Origin: an uncultured Clostridia bacterium
Lineage (GTDB): Bacteria > Bacillota > Clostridia > Christensenellales > Aristaeellaceae
DNA length: 64,000 nucleotides
NCBI GenBank assembly: GCA_934632155.1
Contig: CAKTXZ010000013.1
Location: 3,158 to 67,157 of the forward strand
Direction of reading: 5' to 3'
Positions 34,557 through 42,758 of the stretch are shown in pieces. Numbering within the stretch: the first letter of the stretch is position 1; each line of letters starts with the position of its first letter. The translations under genes were made by a program, and so were the position numbers. The notes below the pieces were generated by a model. It worked only from the letters and a program-made list of their open reading frames with translations, was not told where the DNA came from and did no database searches.

Positions 34557-35111
34557 TCACCTTTCCGCCATGATTCGCGCAGCGTCCCGCGCGTAAAAAA
34601 CGAAGGCGTAGAGCGTCAGCGCGACGGCGCACCAGAGCGCGATCAGATGCACGGGCACGCCGACGGCGCGATTGAACCAATCGGCAAAGAAGCTCAGCAG
34701 CAGCGAGGCGACCACCAGCGTCTGCGCATACTTGCCCGCCTTTTTGGCGTAAACCACCACGCCCTTTTTCAGCATCACCGCGCCGCCCAGCACCATCAGC
34801 GTCTCCTTGAGCAGCAAAATTGCCAGCGGCGGCCACGGCAGCACGCCGGTGACGACCATGCTCAGCATCACGCTGATGACCATTAGCTTATCCGCCAGCG
34901 GATCCATCAGCTTTCCGAAGCTGGTAATCAAATGATGCTTGCGGGCAATATAGCCGTCCAGCAAATCAGTCGCGCTGGCCAAAACAAAAACCGCCAGCGC
35001 GAAGTAGCTGCGGCCGCTCATGTATAAAACCCAGTACACAGGAATCAGCAGCATGCGCAGCATCGTCAGCGCGTTGGGAACATTCCAAATTCTTTCGTGC
35101 TTCTCTTTCAT
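34557..35111 (-). CDS. pgsA: CDP-diacylglycerol--glycerol-3-phosphate 3-phosphatidyltransferase
   Basis: NVPNALTMLRMLLIPV...ASATDLLDGYIARKHHLITSFGKLMDPLADK is the CDP-alcohol phosphatidyltransferase motif. Confidence 0.9.
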   Translation of the reverse strand: MKEKHERIWNVPNALTMLRMLLIPVYWVLYMSGRSYFALAVFVLASATDLLDGYIARKHHLITSFGKLMDPLADKLMVISVMLSMVVTGVLPWPPLAILLLKETLMVLGGAVMLKKGVVVYAKKAGKYAQTLVVASLLLSFFADWFNRAVGVPVHLIALWCAVALTLYAFVFYARDAARIMAER

Positions 35112-35153
35112 TTCCTCTTCGCCCCATTTCTGAATCCTTTGTATTATAGCACG

Positions 35154-35537
35154 TTAAAAAACATTTTTCAACGACAGAGAATCCCTGTGATAAATATGGG
35201 AAAGGTTTTCGTTCAGCTCCGCGATAATGGACAGGCTCTCCGCCGCGTCGCGCATCTCCAGCGCAATTTGCAGCCGTGAAAGCGCGATGGTCACGTCGTC
35301 CACGTCCGCATGATTCACCCACATGGACAACACGTCGCCCGTCTCGCGCCATGCCGCCGCAAGGCGCAGCGCCTTCTCCTGCGCCGACGGCCACGCCTCC
35401 AGGCGCGCGTCGCGCTCCACCTGCGCCGTGAGCGCCTTGTAATCGTCGCTGACGCGCTTGCTGTAGAGCGTGCAGTAAACGCCGGCGCCTATGAGCAGCG
35501 CCAGCGCCACGGCCACCGTAACGGTCAGGTATCGCAT
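35154..35537 (-). CDS. DUF4363-family protein
   Basis: 127 aa with an N-terminal TM helix, then a helical segment ...WVNHADVDDVTIALSRLQ... It sits directly downstream of a DUF421 gene, which is the usual pairing. Confidence 0.55.
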   Translation of the reverse strand: MRYLTVTVAVALALLIGAGVYCTLYSKRVSDDYKALTAQVERDARLEAWPSAQEKALRLAAAWRETGDVLSMWVNHADVDDVTIALSRLQIALEMRDAAESLSIIAELNENLSHIYHRDSLSLKNVF

Positions 35538-35539
35538 GC

Positions 35540-36259
35540 CTACGCCTCCTTGGCCGCGCGCGTGTCAATCAAATGCGCCCGCGCGTTTTTCGCCTTTCCC
35601 TGCACGAAAAGCTTCCCCCCGGCGTCCAGGCTGGCAATGAGCACATCGCGCGTTTTGCCAAGCCCCAGCGGCGTCAGGCGCTTTTGCAGCCAAGCCTCGT
35701 TCAGGCCGAGCGCCTGCAAATGCTCGCGCTGCACCGCGCCGTCCACCACCAGCGTCATGGGAATTTCCTCATCCTCGACCGTCAGCCCCAGATCCTCCGG
35801 CGTGGCGGGGCGCTTGCCCGCGTGCGGCACCACGCTCAGCTTGCCGCTGGTTTCCAGCACGGCGGTGGCCACGTCCGCCACGTTCAGATAGCCCTGTCCG
35901 CGCAGCTCCTCCATCAGGTCGGACACGGTATAGCATATGCGGCGCATTTCGCCGTACTGAATCACGCCCTTACGGATCACCACGCTCGGCCCGCCGGAGA
36001 GGAAACGGTGAACGGCCGGAAAACGCACGGAAAGCAGCGTTGCCAGCCCGTAAAAAAACACCAGCGCCCCAATGGGCACGATGCCGTACGCCAGCGGCGT
36101 ATCCACCGTTTCCATGGGCGCGGCGGCCAGCTCCGCAATCATCAGCGCCAGCACCAGCTCATAGGGCTGCAACTGCCCCACCTGCCGCTTGCCCATCAGC
36201 CGCATCGCCAGCACGGATACGGCGTAGAGAATCGCCGTGCGCGCAAAAACTGTCAGCAT
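35540..36259 (-). CDS. DUF421 (YetF-like) membrane protein
   Basis: Start at ATG 36259 (GGGAGGTGAG upstream): MLTVFARTAILYAVSVLAMRLMGKRQVGQLQPYELVLALMIAE. Confidence 0.7.
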   Translation of the reverse strand: MLTVFARTAILYAVSVLAMRLMGKRQVGQLQPYELVLALMIAELAAAPMETVDTPLAYGIVPIGALVFFYGLATLLSVRFPAVHRFLSGGPSVVIRKGVIQYGEMRRICYTVSDLMEELRGQGYLNVADVATAVLETSGKLSVVPHAGKRPATPEDLGLTVEDEEIPMTLVVDGAVQREHLQALGLNEAWLQKRLTPLGLGKTRDVLIASLDAGGKLFVQGKAKNARAHLIDTRAAKEA

Positions 36260-36355
36260 CCGTCTCACCTCCCCCACAGCATGCGCATTTCGACGTTTTA
36301 TCATGCGGCATTTTCGCATAGGATGAAGCGACATGACTCAAAAGGGGGAAAGCGC

Positions 36356-37741
36356 ATGAAAAAGCGCTGGCTTTCGCTGCTGCTGTGCTGGCTTGTTCCT
36401 CTCTTCGCCGGGGCGGCCGACACCTTTCCGCCCTCCTCCACGCCCGTGATCGCCGGAATGGACGTGAGCGCATGGCAGGGAGCAATCGACTGGCAGTCCG
36501 TCGCACGCTCGGGCGAGGCGCGCGTCGCGTATATCCGCGCCACCGAGGGCGCGCGGTATGTGGACGCGTACTTCGCCCGAAACTACGCGCAGGCCAAGCG
36601 CAGCGGGCTGGACGTCGGGTTTTATCATTTCCTCACGGCGCAAACGCCGCAGGAGGCCGTCGCGCAGGCGCGCTTTTTCGTCGATACCCTCCAAAGCGCA
36701 AACGCCGTGGCCGACTGCCGCCCGGCGATGGATCTGGAGGGCGACGAGCGCATGAGCGACGCGACATGGAACGCCGTCGCCCGCGCGTTTCTGAGCGAGG
36801 TGGAGCGCCTGACAGGCGAAACGCCCTGCATCTACTGCGACGCGTCCGGCGCGCGCGACCGCTACGACGAGAGCCTGACAAGCTATCCGTTATGGGTGGC
36901 CAATTACGGCGTAGCGCTGCCCGAGGCCAACGGCAAATGGCGCAGCTGGGCGGGCTTTCAGTACACCGACCGCGGAAGGATGCCGGGCGTCGCCGGGCAG
37001 GTCGATTTGGATCGGTTCACGCAGGAAATCTATCTGGCCGCGCCCGCGCCCGCGCCCGCGCCGCACCCGGAATCGGCCGCCGCGTATTACGCCGTGCAGC
37101 CGGGCGATACTGCGTCCGCCGTCGCGGCGCGCTACGGCGTTTCGGCGCAGGACGTTGCGGAATGGAACCTCATTCCGCGCGCCGGGCTGCTGCCCGGGCA
37201 GGTGCTGCGCATTCCCGCGGCGGCGACGGAGGCGCAGACGCAGGCAGGAAGCCTTTTCGTATCGCCCAACCGTACGCGTCCAATCTATACCGCGCTGCAT
37301 TTTGACGTGCCGCTCGCCGATTTAACGGCGCTGAACGTGTTCCCGGAGGAAAACAGGGTGCTGCGCGGGCAGGTGCTGTGCATCCCGGTGCGCACGGCCT
37401 TCGCCCTGCCCGATACGCTGCTGGACAACGTCTATATCGCCCAGCGCCGCGAAGGCCTGCGCCGGGCGGCGGACGCGTTCGGCGTGCCCGCCGCCGATTT
37501 GGCCGCCTTCAACGGCCTGCAGCCGGACGCGCTGCTCTGGCCGGGACAGATCATTCACCTCACGCGCTTTGGCGTGCCGACGGAAAGCCGCCGCTTCTAC
37601 GGCGCGTATGTCGTGCAAAAGGGCGATACGCTCACCCGCATCGCGCGCCGCTTTGACACGTCCGTCGACGCGTTGACGGCGCTCAACGACCTGCCGGACA
37701 AAAACCGGCTGGTGATCGGGCAGGTGCTGCTTTTGCCGTAA
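36356..37741 (+). CDS. secreted GH25 muramidase with four C-terminal LysM repeats
   Basis: Start at ATG 36356 (AAAGGGGGAA upstream); the first 261 codons of the track ORF are antisense to the DUF421 gene. GH25 core is GMDVSAWQGAIDWQSV...AYIRATEG...GLDVGFYHF. LysM-like repeats include YAVQPGDTASAVAARYGV... and YVVQKGDTLTRIARRF... Confidence 0.88.
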   Translation: MKKRWLSLLLCWLVPLFAGAADTFPPSSTPVIAGMDVSAWQGAIDWQSVARSGEARVAYIRATEGARYVDAYFARNYAQAKRSGLDVGFYHFLTAQTPQEAVAQARFFVDTLQSANAVADCRPAMDLEGDERMSDATWNAVARAFLSEVERLTGETPCIYCDASGARDRYDESLTSYPLWVANYGVALPEANGKWRSWAGFQYTDRGRMPGVAGQVDLDRFTQEIYLAAPAPAPAPHPESAAAYYAVQPGDTASAVAARYGVSAQDVAEWNLIPRAGLLPGQVLRIPAAATEAQTQAGSLFVSPNRTRPIYTALHFDVPLADLTALNVFPEENRVLRGQVLCIPVRTAFALPDTLLDNVYIAQRREGLRRAADAFGVPAADLAAFNGLQPDALLWPGQIIHLTRFGVPTESRRFYGAYVVQKGDTLTRIARRFDTSVDALTALNDLPDKNRLVIGQVLLLP

Positions 37742-37853
37742 ACAGGCAAGGCCTGCGAGGAAGAGCGCGCCTCCGCCCCTCGCAGCCGTTCACAGGCGCC
37801 TCCGCCGCTTGGGCTTCGTTTTCAAAGGCGATGCGGCAAGCGGCGCAAAAATA

Positions 37854-37892
37854 CGCCCCGCCCCATGAAGCGTCGGCCGATGGGGCGGGGCG
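37854..37892 (-). terminator. rho-independent terminator after mazF
   Basis: Perfect 13-bp stem CGCCCCGCCCCAT/ATGGGGCGGGGCG with a 13-nt loop. On the minus strand it is followed by TATTTTT, 19 nt after the mazF stop. Confidence 0.8.
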
Positions 37893-37910
37893 CATGCGTG
37901 TGGATCCGGT

Positions 37911-38369
37911 TCATTCGCCGGCCGCTTCCGGAAAGGGCGTTTCACCCTCCTCTGCCTGCGACTCGGGCTCGGGCGCGGCCTCAGGATCGGTCTCAGGCAC
38001 GGGCCGCAGCTTTTCCTCCGGCTCCGCCCGGCCGACAGCCAGCGCCAGCGCGCGCTCGACCAGCGCCATCTTATCGCCGCCGAGCGTGCCGAGAAACTGC
38101 CGCAAGCGGCTTTTTTCCAGCGTGCGCACCTGTTCGCACAGGATGATGGACGGCCGCCGAACGCCGCCCTGCGGCGGGGTGATGGGCACATGGGTGCGCA
38201 GCGGCGCCTTGCCCATACGCGAGGTCAGCGGCAGGATAATGACGGTGGGGCTGAAGCGGTTGCCGAGGTCGTTCTGAATAATCAATACCGGGCGTACGCC
38301 GCCCTGCTCCGAGCCGATGACGGGATCGAGATTCGCAAAATATATGTCGCCACGTTTCACGTGTTTCAC
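37911..38369 (-). CDS. mazF: MazF/EndoA (PemK-family) endoribonuclease toxin with a C-terminal acidic, Pro-rich extension
   Basis: VKHVKRGDIYFANLDPVIGSEQGGVRPVLIIQNDLGNRFSPTVIILPLTS... closely resembles B. subtilis EndoA by eye. The GTG start at 38369 overlaps an upstream micro-ORF stop (GTGA). An alternative GTG at 38360 lies 10 nt after GGAG. Confidence 0.85.
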   Translation of the reverse strand: MKHVKRGDIYFANLDPVIGSEQGGVRPVLIIQNDLGNRFSPTVIILPLTSRMGKAPLRTHVPITPPQGGVRRPSIILCEQVRTLEKSRLRQFLGTLGGDKMALVERALALAVGRAEPEEKLRPVPETDPEAAPEPESQAEEGETPFPEAAGE

Positions 38370-38471
38370 ACTCCGTCGGCGACAGCCAACGGGCGGCCGT
38401 CGCCGCTGATGGCAGGAGGCTTCCCTCCCGTAATACCATCGTATGCAGCGCGGCGGGCGACGGTCGACATG

Positions 38472-39347
38472 TCAGGACTTTTCCATGCAAAGCGCCCGAA
38501 AATCCAGACACGCGGCGGTCAGATATTTCTGGCGATGCCAGGCAATATAATGCCGGCGCGCAAAGGAAGCGTCCGTAACCGGGCGGGTAACGATCAGCCC
38601 GGCGCGCAGCTCCTTGGCCACCATTTGCTCAGGCAGGATGGAAACGCCCAGCCCCTCCTCCACCGCGCGCAAAATGGCCTGCGTGCTCACGCTTTCCCAC
38701 GCGGGGCGCAGCGTCAGCCCCTGCCCGTCGAACACGTGCTCCACCAGCGACCGCCCCACGCTGCCCACCTCGCGCATCAGAAGCGGCGCGGCGGCGATTT
38801 CCCGCAGGGTAAGCGTTTCCCGCGCGGCCAGCGGATGTGCGGGCGAAAACACCGGCAGCAGCGCGTCCTGTGAAAACGCCTGACAATCCAATTGCCCGTC
38901 CGCCACGCTGCCCTCCAGCAACGCCATGTCCAGCCCATTGGAAAGCAGCGCCTCCTCCAGCCGCGCACAGTTCGCAATGCGCACCTGCACCTCCAGCCCC
39001 GGATGCCGCGCCTGAAAGCGGCGAACCAATCCCGGCATCAGGCTGCCGCCCAGCGTCACGCTCGCGCCCAGCCGAATCACGCCGATCTCGTCGCCGTTGC
39101 GCACGCTCTGCTCCATCCGGTCAAAGCCGTCCACCAAATGCAGCGCGTATGCGTACATCCGCCGCCCGCTTTCCGTTTCGTAGAGCCGGTGGTTCAGCCG
39201 CTCGAACAGGCGCACGCCGTAATGCTTCTCCATTTCCTGAATGGCGCGGCTCACCGCAGGCTGGGACATATACAGCGTCTCCGCCGCGCGGGTAATGCTT
39301 CCCGCCTGATAAACCGCCAGAAATACGCGCAAATGCCGAATGGTCAT
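38472..39347 (-). CDS. LysR-family transcriptional regulator
   Basis: Start at ATG 39347: MTIRHLRVFLAVYQAGSITRAAETLYMSQPAVSRAIQEMEKHYGVRLFERL. Confidence 0.9.
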   Translation of the reverse strand: MTIRHLRVFLAVYQAGSITRAAETLYMSQPAVSRAIQEMEKHYGVRLFERLNHRLYETESGRRMYAYALHLVDGFDRMEQSVRNGDEIGVIRLGASVTLGGSLMPGLVRRFQARHPGLEVQVRIANCARLEEALLSNGLDMALLEGSVADGQLDCQAFSQDALLPVFSPAHPLAARETLTLREIAAAPLLMREVGSVGRSLVEHVFDGQGLTLRPAWESVSTQAILRAVEEGLGVSILPEQMVAKELRAGLIVTRPVTDASFARRHYIAWHRQKYLTAACLDFRALCMEKS

Positions 39348-39401
39348 GTTCTCGCCTCCATGGCATAACAAAAATGCATGATATATATAAAATTATAGCA
39401 T

Positions 39402-39430
39402 TTTACAAATGTCCTCGCAAGCAGTATATA
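39402..39430 (+). promoter_or_regulatory. promoter of the chromate-transporter pair (divergent from the LysR gene)
   Basis: TTTACA (39402-39407), 17-nt spacer, TATATA (39425-39430). An AT-rich dyad AAAATGC-N20-GCATTTT lies at 39371-39404. Confidence 0.5.
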
Positions 39431-39463
39431 AAAGTGGATGAAAGCGCAGAGGGGGCGGCGGAA

Positions 39464-40036
39464 ATGAAAAAAAAGGGCCGAGGCAGGCTGTGCCTCGAGC
39501 TGTTCTGGGAAATGCTGATGCTCAGCACCTTTACCACCGGCGGCGGGTTTGTCATCGTATCGCTGATGCGGCGCAAATTCGTCGAAGAAAAGCACTGGAT
39601 GGACGAGCAGGAAATGCTGGATATCGCCGCCATCGCGCAATCCTGTCCCGGCGCAATCGCCGTGAACGCGGCGATTCTGGTGGGCTGGCGCATGGCGGGG
39701 CTGCCGGGCATGCTGATTTGCGTGCTGGGCACGATTCTGCCGCCCATCGTGATCCTGACGGCGATTTCCGTGGTCTATAACGCCTTCGCGACCAATCGAT
39801 ACGTGGCGCTGTTCCTGCGCGGCATGCAAATCGGCGTTTCGGCGGTGATTTTCGACGTGGTGCTGCAGCTGGGCAAGAACGTGGTCAAAAGCAAATCCCT
39901 GCTGTGCATGGCGGTCATGGCGCTGGCGTTCGTCGCGGCGTACTTGATGAAAATCAACGTGGTTTACCTGCTGCTGGCCGCGGCGGCGCTGGGCGTTGCA
40001 CGCGCCCTGACGCCCGAAAAGAAGGAGGGAAAATAG
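39464..40036 (+). CDS. chrA: chromate transporter family protein (short CHR, half 1)
   Basis: Start at ATG 39464 (AGAGGGGG upstream). FTTGGGFVIVSLMRRKFVEEKHWMDEQEMLD is the CHR signature. Confidence 0.8.
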   Translation: MKKKGRGRLCLELFWEMLMLSTFTTGGGFVIVSLMRRKFVEEKHWMDEQEMLDIAAIAQSCPGAIAVNAAILVGWRMAGLPGMLICVLGTILPPIVILTAISVVYNAFATNRYVALFLRGMQIGVSAVIFDVVLQLGKNVVKSKSLLCMAVMALAFVAAYLMKINVVYLLLAAAALGVARALTPEKKEGK

Positions 40037-40037
40037 C

Positions 40038-40577
40038 ATGCTGCTGCAGTTGTTTCTCAGCTTTCTTCAGGTGGGCATGTTCAGCATCGGCGGCGGCTAC
40101 GCGGCCATGCCCTTCATTCAGGCGCAGGCAGTCGTGCAGCACGAATGGCTGACCATGCAGGAATTCGGCGACCTGATTACGATTGCCGAAATGACGCCCG
40201 GCCCCATCACCGTCAACAGCGCCACGTTCGTCGGCATGCGCATCGCCGGGCTGCCCGGCGCGCTGGCCGCTACGTTCGGGTGCGTGCTGCCCTCCTGCAT
40301 CATTGTTTCCGTCATGGCGCTTGTATATCAGCGCTTTCAGAAGGGCCGCATGCTGCAAAGCATCCTCATGCTCATGCGCCCTGTAATCGTGGCGCTGATT
40401 GCCTCGGCGGGCGTATCCCTGTTCTGTCAGGCGGTTTTTCCGCAGCAGGGCTTCCAGCCCGTCGCGCTGGCGCTCTTCGCCGCGGCGTTCGTGCTGCTGC
40501 GCACCTGCAAAAAAATCAGCCCGATTCTCATCATGCTGCTCTGCGGCGCAGTGCAGCTGCTCATCGGGCTGATCTAG
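40038..40577 (+). CDS. chrA: chromate transporter family protein (short CHR, half 2)
   Basis: MLLQLFLSFLQVGMFSIGGGYAAMPFIQAQAVVQHEWLTMQEFGDL; starts 1 nt after the previous stop. Confidence 0.8.
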   Translation: MLLQLFLSFLQVGMFSIGGGYAAMPFIQAQAVVQHEWLTMQEFGDLITIAEMTPGPITVNSATFVGMRIAGLPGALAATFGCVLPSCIIVSVMALVYQRFQKGRMLQSILMLMRPVIVALIASAGVSLFCQAVFPQQGFQPVALALFAAAFVLLRTCKKISPILIMLLCGAVQLLIGLI

Positions 40578-40701
40578 CGCGGAATCGGGCGGTTGACGCG
40601 CTTCGGAAGCCTTCCCGCCCGCGCGGTGAAAAACGCATAAAGCACCCGGCGCTTCGCCCTGCAGGCTATCCTGCCTTGCGGGCCGGAGCGCCGGCTTTGG
40701 T

Positions 40702-41226
40702 TTACCGCTTCGGCTGATTCTTCTCCTGAAGCAATTGCAGCGAGGGCTCCGCTTCATCCGCCCATGGGGCCGCTTCCCCGCGGCGCAGCGCTTCCCTTTC
40801 CCCGCGCAGAGCGCGCAGGCGGCGGGTACGGTCGCGCACGCGAACGCCCAGCAGCGCGCGGCTTTGATACCTGCCCAGCAGCGCGCGCGTGCCCATGGCG
40901 GCGGGTACGGCGGCTATCGCCCCGCCTGCGGCGGCGGCCAATGCGCCCACGCCCATCGCTGCGCCGGTTTTGAGCATGCGCTGCACCGCGTCGCTTACGC
41001 CGGCTTGGCCCGTTTTACGCCCCCGCAGCACGCGCAGCTGCTCCGTCACGGCAATCAGGGCGAAGGGCGCCGCAATGCTCAGGCCGTCCAGCACGCCGCC
41101 GTCCTCCAGCAGGCCCAGCTCCGTCGCCGCGTTATCGGCGTAGGAAAGCCCGGCGGTTACGCTGTCCACCAGCGTTTCCTGCCGCCGCCCGGCGTATTGC
41201 CTGATTAATTCCGCGTATGTCGGCAT
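40702..41226 (-). CDS. hypothetical protein (174 aa) with a Gly/Ala-rich hydrophobic core
   Basis: GAGGTGAA RBS: MPTYAELIRQYAGRRQETLVDS...GAAMGVGALAAAAGGAIAAVPAAMG... I recognise no family. Confidence 0.5.
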   Translation of the reverse strand: MPTYAELIRQYAGRRQETLVDSVTAGLSYADNAATELGLLEDGGVLDGLSIAAPFALIAVTEQLRVLRGRKTGQAGVSDAVQRMLKTGAAMGVGALAAAAGGAIAAVPAAMGTRALLGRYQSRALLGVRVRDRTRRLRALRGEREALRRGEAAPWADEAEPSLQLLQEKNQPKR

Positions 41227-41404
41227 GCGCGTTCACCTCGCCCGTTCAAAATGGGACGATCCCCGTCCGCTTGGATGTTTCGACGCGATGGGCGTTTTCT
41301 CCTGCGCAGCGGCGGATAAAGGCCGCACGGTCGCGCTTTGCCACGCGTTCCGGCAACCAATTACGCCTAAGTACCATTATTATGGAATTTTTTTTACCAA
41401 ATCG

Positions 41405-41433
41405 TTGACATTCAAATAGTAATATGCTATACT
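41405..41433 (+). promoter_or_regulatory. consensus sigma-A promoter ~190 nt upstream of the 41630 gene
   Basis: TTGACA (41405-41410), 17-nt spacer, TATACT (41428-41433), inside the only markedly AT-rich stretch of this neighbourhood. Confidence 0.7.
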
Positions 41434-41629
41434 TAAATCGCAATAGAAGAGATGAAACGACCGCACCAATGCAAGGGAGGCGTTTCCCATGGGCTAAGTT
41501 CATACAACAAACGCGGTTCAAATGCGGCTGCGGAAAAGTCAGGCTCTATGCTTTGCTGTTGCTGGATCAATGGATAAGCCTGTTTGCAAACACAATCTTT
41601 AATCAATCGCGCGTCAGGGAGGTACGGCC

Positions 41630-42211
41630 ATGGACACGCACAACCAACGGCGGCTTTGCGCCGCGCTGCTGCTTGCCCTGCTGCTCCTTACACAGGCCGC
41701 GCTTTGCGCCGCGGAGAGCACGCCGACGCCCGCCTCCGTCCTCAAGGACGCGATCGAGCCGAGGCCCGCGGTTCTTCCGCCGGAGGATATCGAGCCGCTG
41801 CCTGCGGTTCTCGCCGGGCAGCTTGAGCCGCCCTGCGGCGCTATCGATTTTGCGCCCGCCTTCGCCTTTTCGCAAACGCTCCGCCTGACCATCGACAACG
41901 CCGCATGCGCGCGCGTGTACGTGCGGGCCTATCGCGGCACGGTGGTCGCGGCGGACGGCGACGGCTGGTACTGGCCGGCGCGGGGCGTTCTGCAGGAGGA
42001 TGGAAGCCTCAGCAGAGACAGCGCATGGAAAATGAAAAACGTGCGGCAGGGCGATCAGGTCGAGTTTCTGTATGCGCCCAGACCGTCGATGATCTGGGAC
42101 GTAGTGTTCATTTTCTATCTCGACGCGGAGCTGGCGGTGCTCGACACGCAATACCTGATGGTGGAGCAGAACGAAAGCGGCGAATACGCCATCGGCAGGC
42201 TCATCATGTAA
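41630..42211 (+). CDS. secreted protein of unknown function (193 aa)
   Basis: GGGAGG RBS. Signal peptide is MDTHNQRRLCAALLLALLLLTQAALCAAES, followed by a Pro-rich linker and a ~120-aa domain. Confidence 0.6.
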   Translation: MDTHNQRRLCAALLLALLLLTQAALCAAESTPTPASVLKDAIEPRPAVLPPEDIEPLPAVLAGQLEPPCGAIDFAPAFAFSQTLRLTIDNAACARVYVRAYRGTVVAADGDGWYWPARGVLQEDGSLSRDSAWKMKNVRQGDQVEFLYAPRPSMIWDVVFIFYLDAELAVLDTQYLMVEQNESGEYAIGRLIM

Positions 42212-42399
42212 CGGCGCGAGCCGTCAAATCCATCAAGCGGCGCGCCCCATCCTATTCGCAGGCTTCCTGCGGCAGACTGCGGCCCCGCTTCGCTTCGGTT
42301 GAACAAAAAAAGGTCGAGCTGCGTTGCCCTGTGAAAGACCGCGCCGCCGGAAAGGAGGCCGGGATGCGGCGCGTTCCCGTTAAAAGCCATATACGCCGT

Positions 42400-42563
42400 C
42401 CTTCCTTTCGCGCGCAGGCGCGAGTCGAAGCATTTGCGCCCCACCGCTCCGCCACGCCCGCCAGCACCTTCCTTTCGCGCACAGGCGCGAGTCGAAGCAG
42501 CAGCGTTCCGATGCATTTCCCTTCGGAGAAACCTTCCTTTCGCGCACAGGCGCGAGTCGAAGC
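42400..42563 (+). CRISPR. mini-CRISPR array (3 intact 32-nt repeats, 2 spacers) with no cas genes in the window
   Basis: The repeat is CCTTCCTTTCGCGC[G/A]CAGGCGCGAGTCGAAGC at 42400-42431, 42467-42498 and 42532-42563. The unrelated spacers are 35 and 33 nt. The repeat contains the stem TCGCGC-NCAG-GCGCGA plus an 8-nt 3' tail, GTCGAAGC. Confidence 0.7.
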
Positions 42564-42597
42564 GTTCCTTAACCAACACAGGCAAAGCGGCGGCGCT

Positions 42598-42758
42598 ACT
42601 TTATTCTGTACGCAGGCGCGGAACCCGATCATGGCTCGACGCCGCTCAGGGGATCGCCGTCGCACCCCTCTCCACGCACAGGCATATACCCCGGCATACA
42701 TCGCAGGGACATATTGCCGAATTAACCCGTTTCCACGCGCGCTGGCGCGAGCCACGGC
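42598..42758 (+). repeat. degenerate copies of the CRISPR repeat (decayed trailer end of the array)
   Basis: At 42598-42629, about 17 of 32 positions match, after a 34-nt spacer. At 42664-42695, only the CGCACAGGC core matches. At 42727-42758, 21 of 32 match, including CGCGCGCTGGCGCGAG against CGCGCGCAGGCGCGAG. The period is 63-66 nt. Confidence 0.5.

Noticed and set aside
35573-36355. First 261 codons of the 722-aa ORF containing the GH25 muramidase
   Set aside because: This portion is antisense to the DUF421 gene. The signal peptide and a good RBS begin at 36356.
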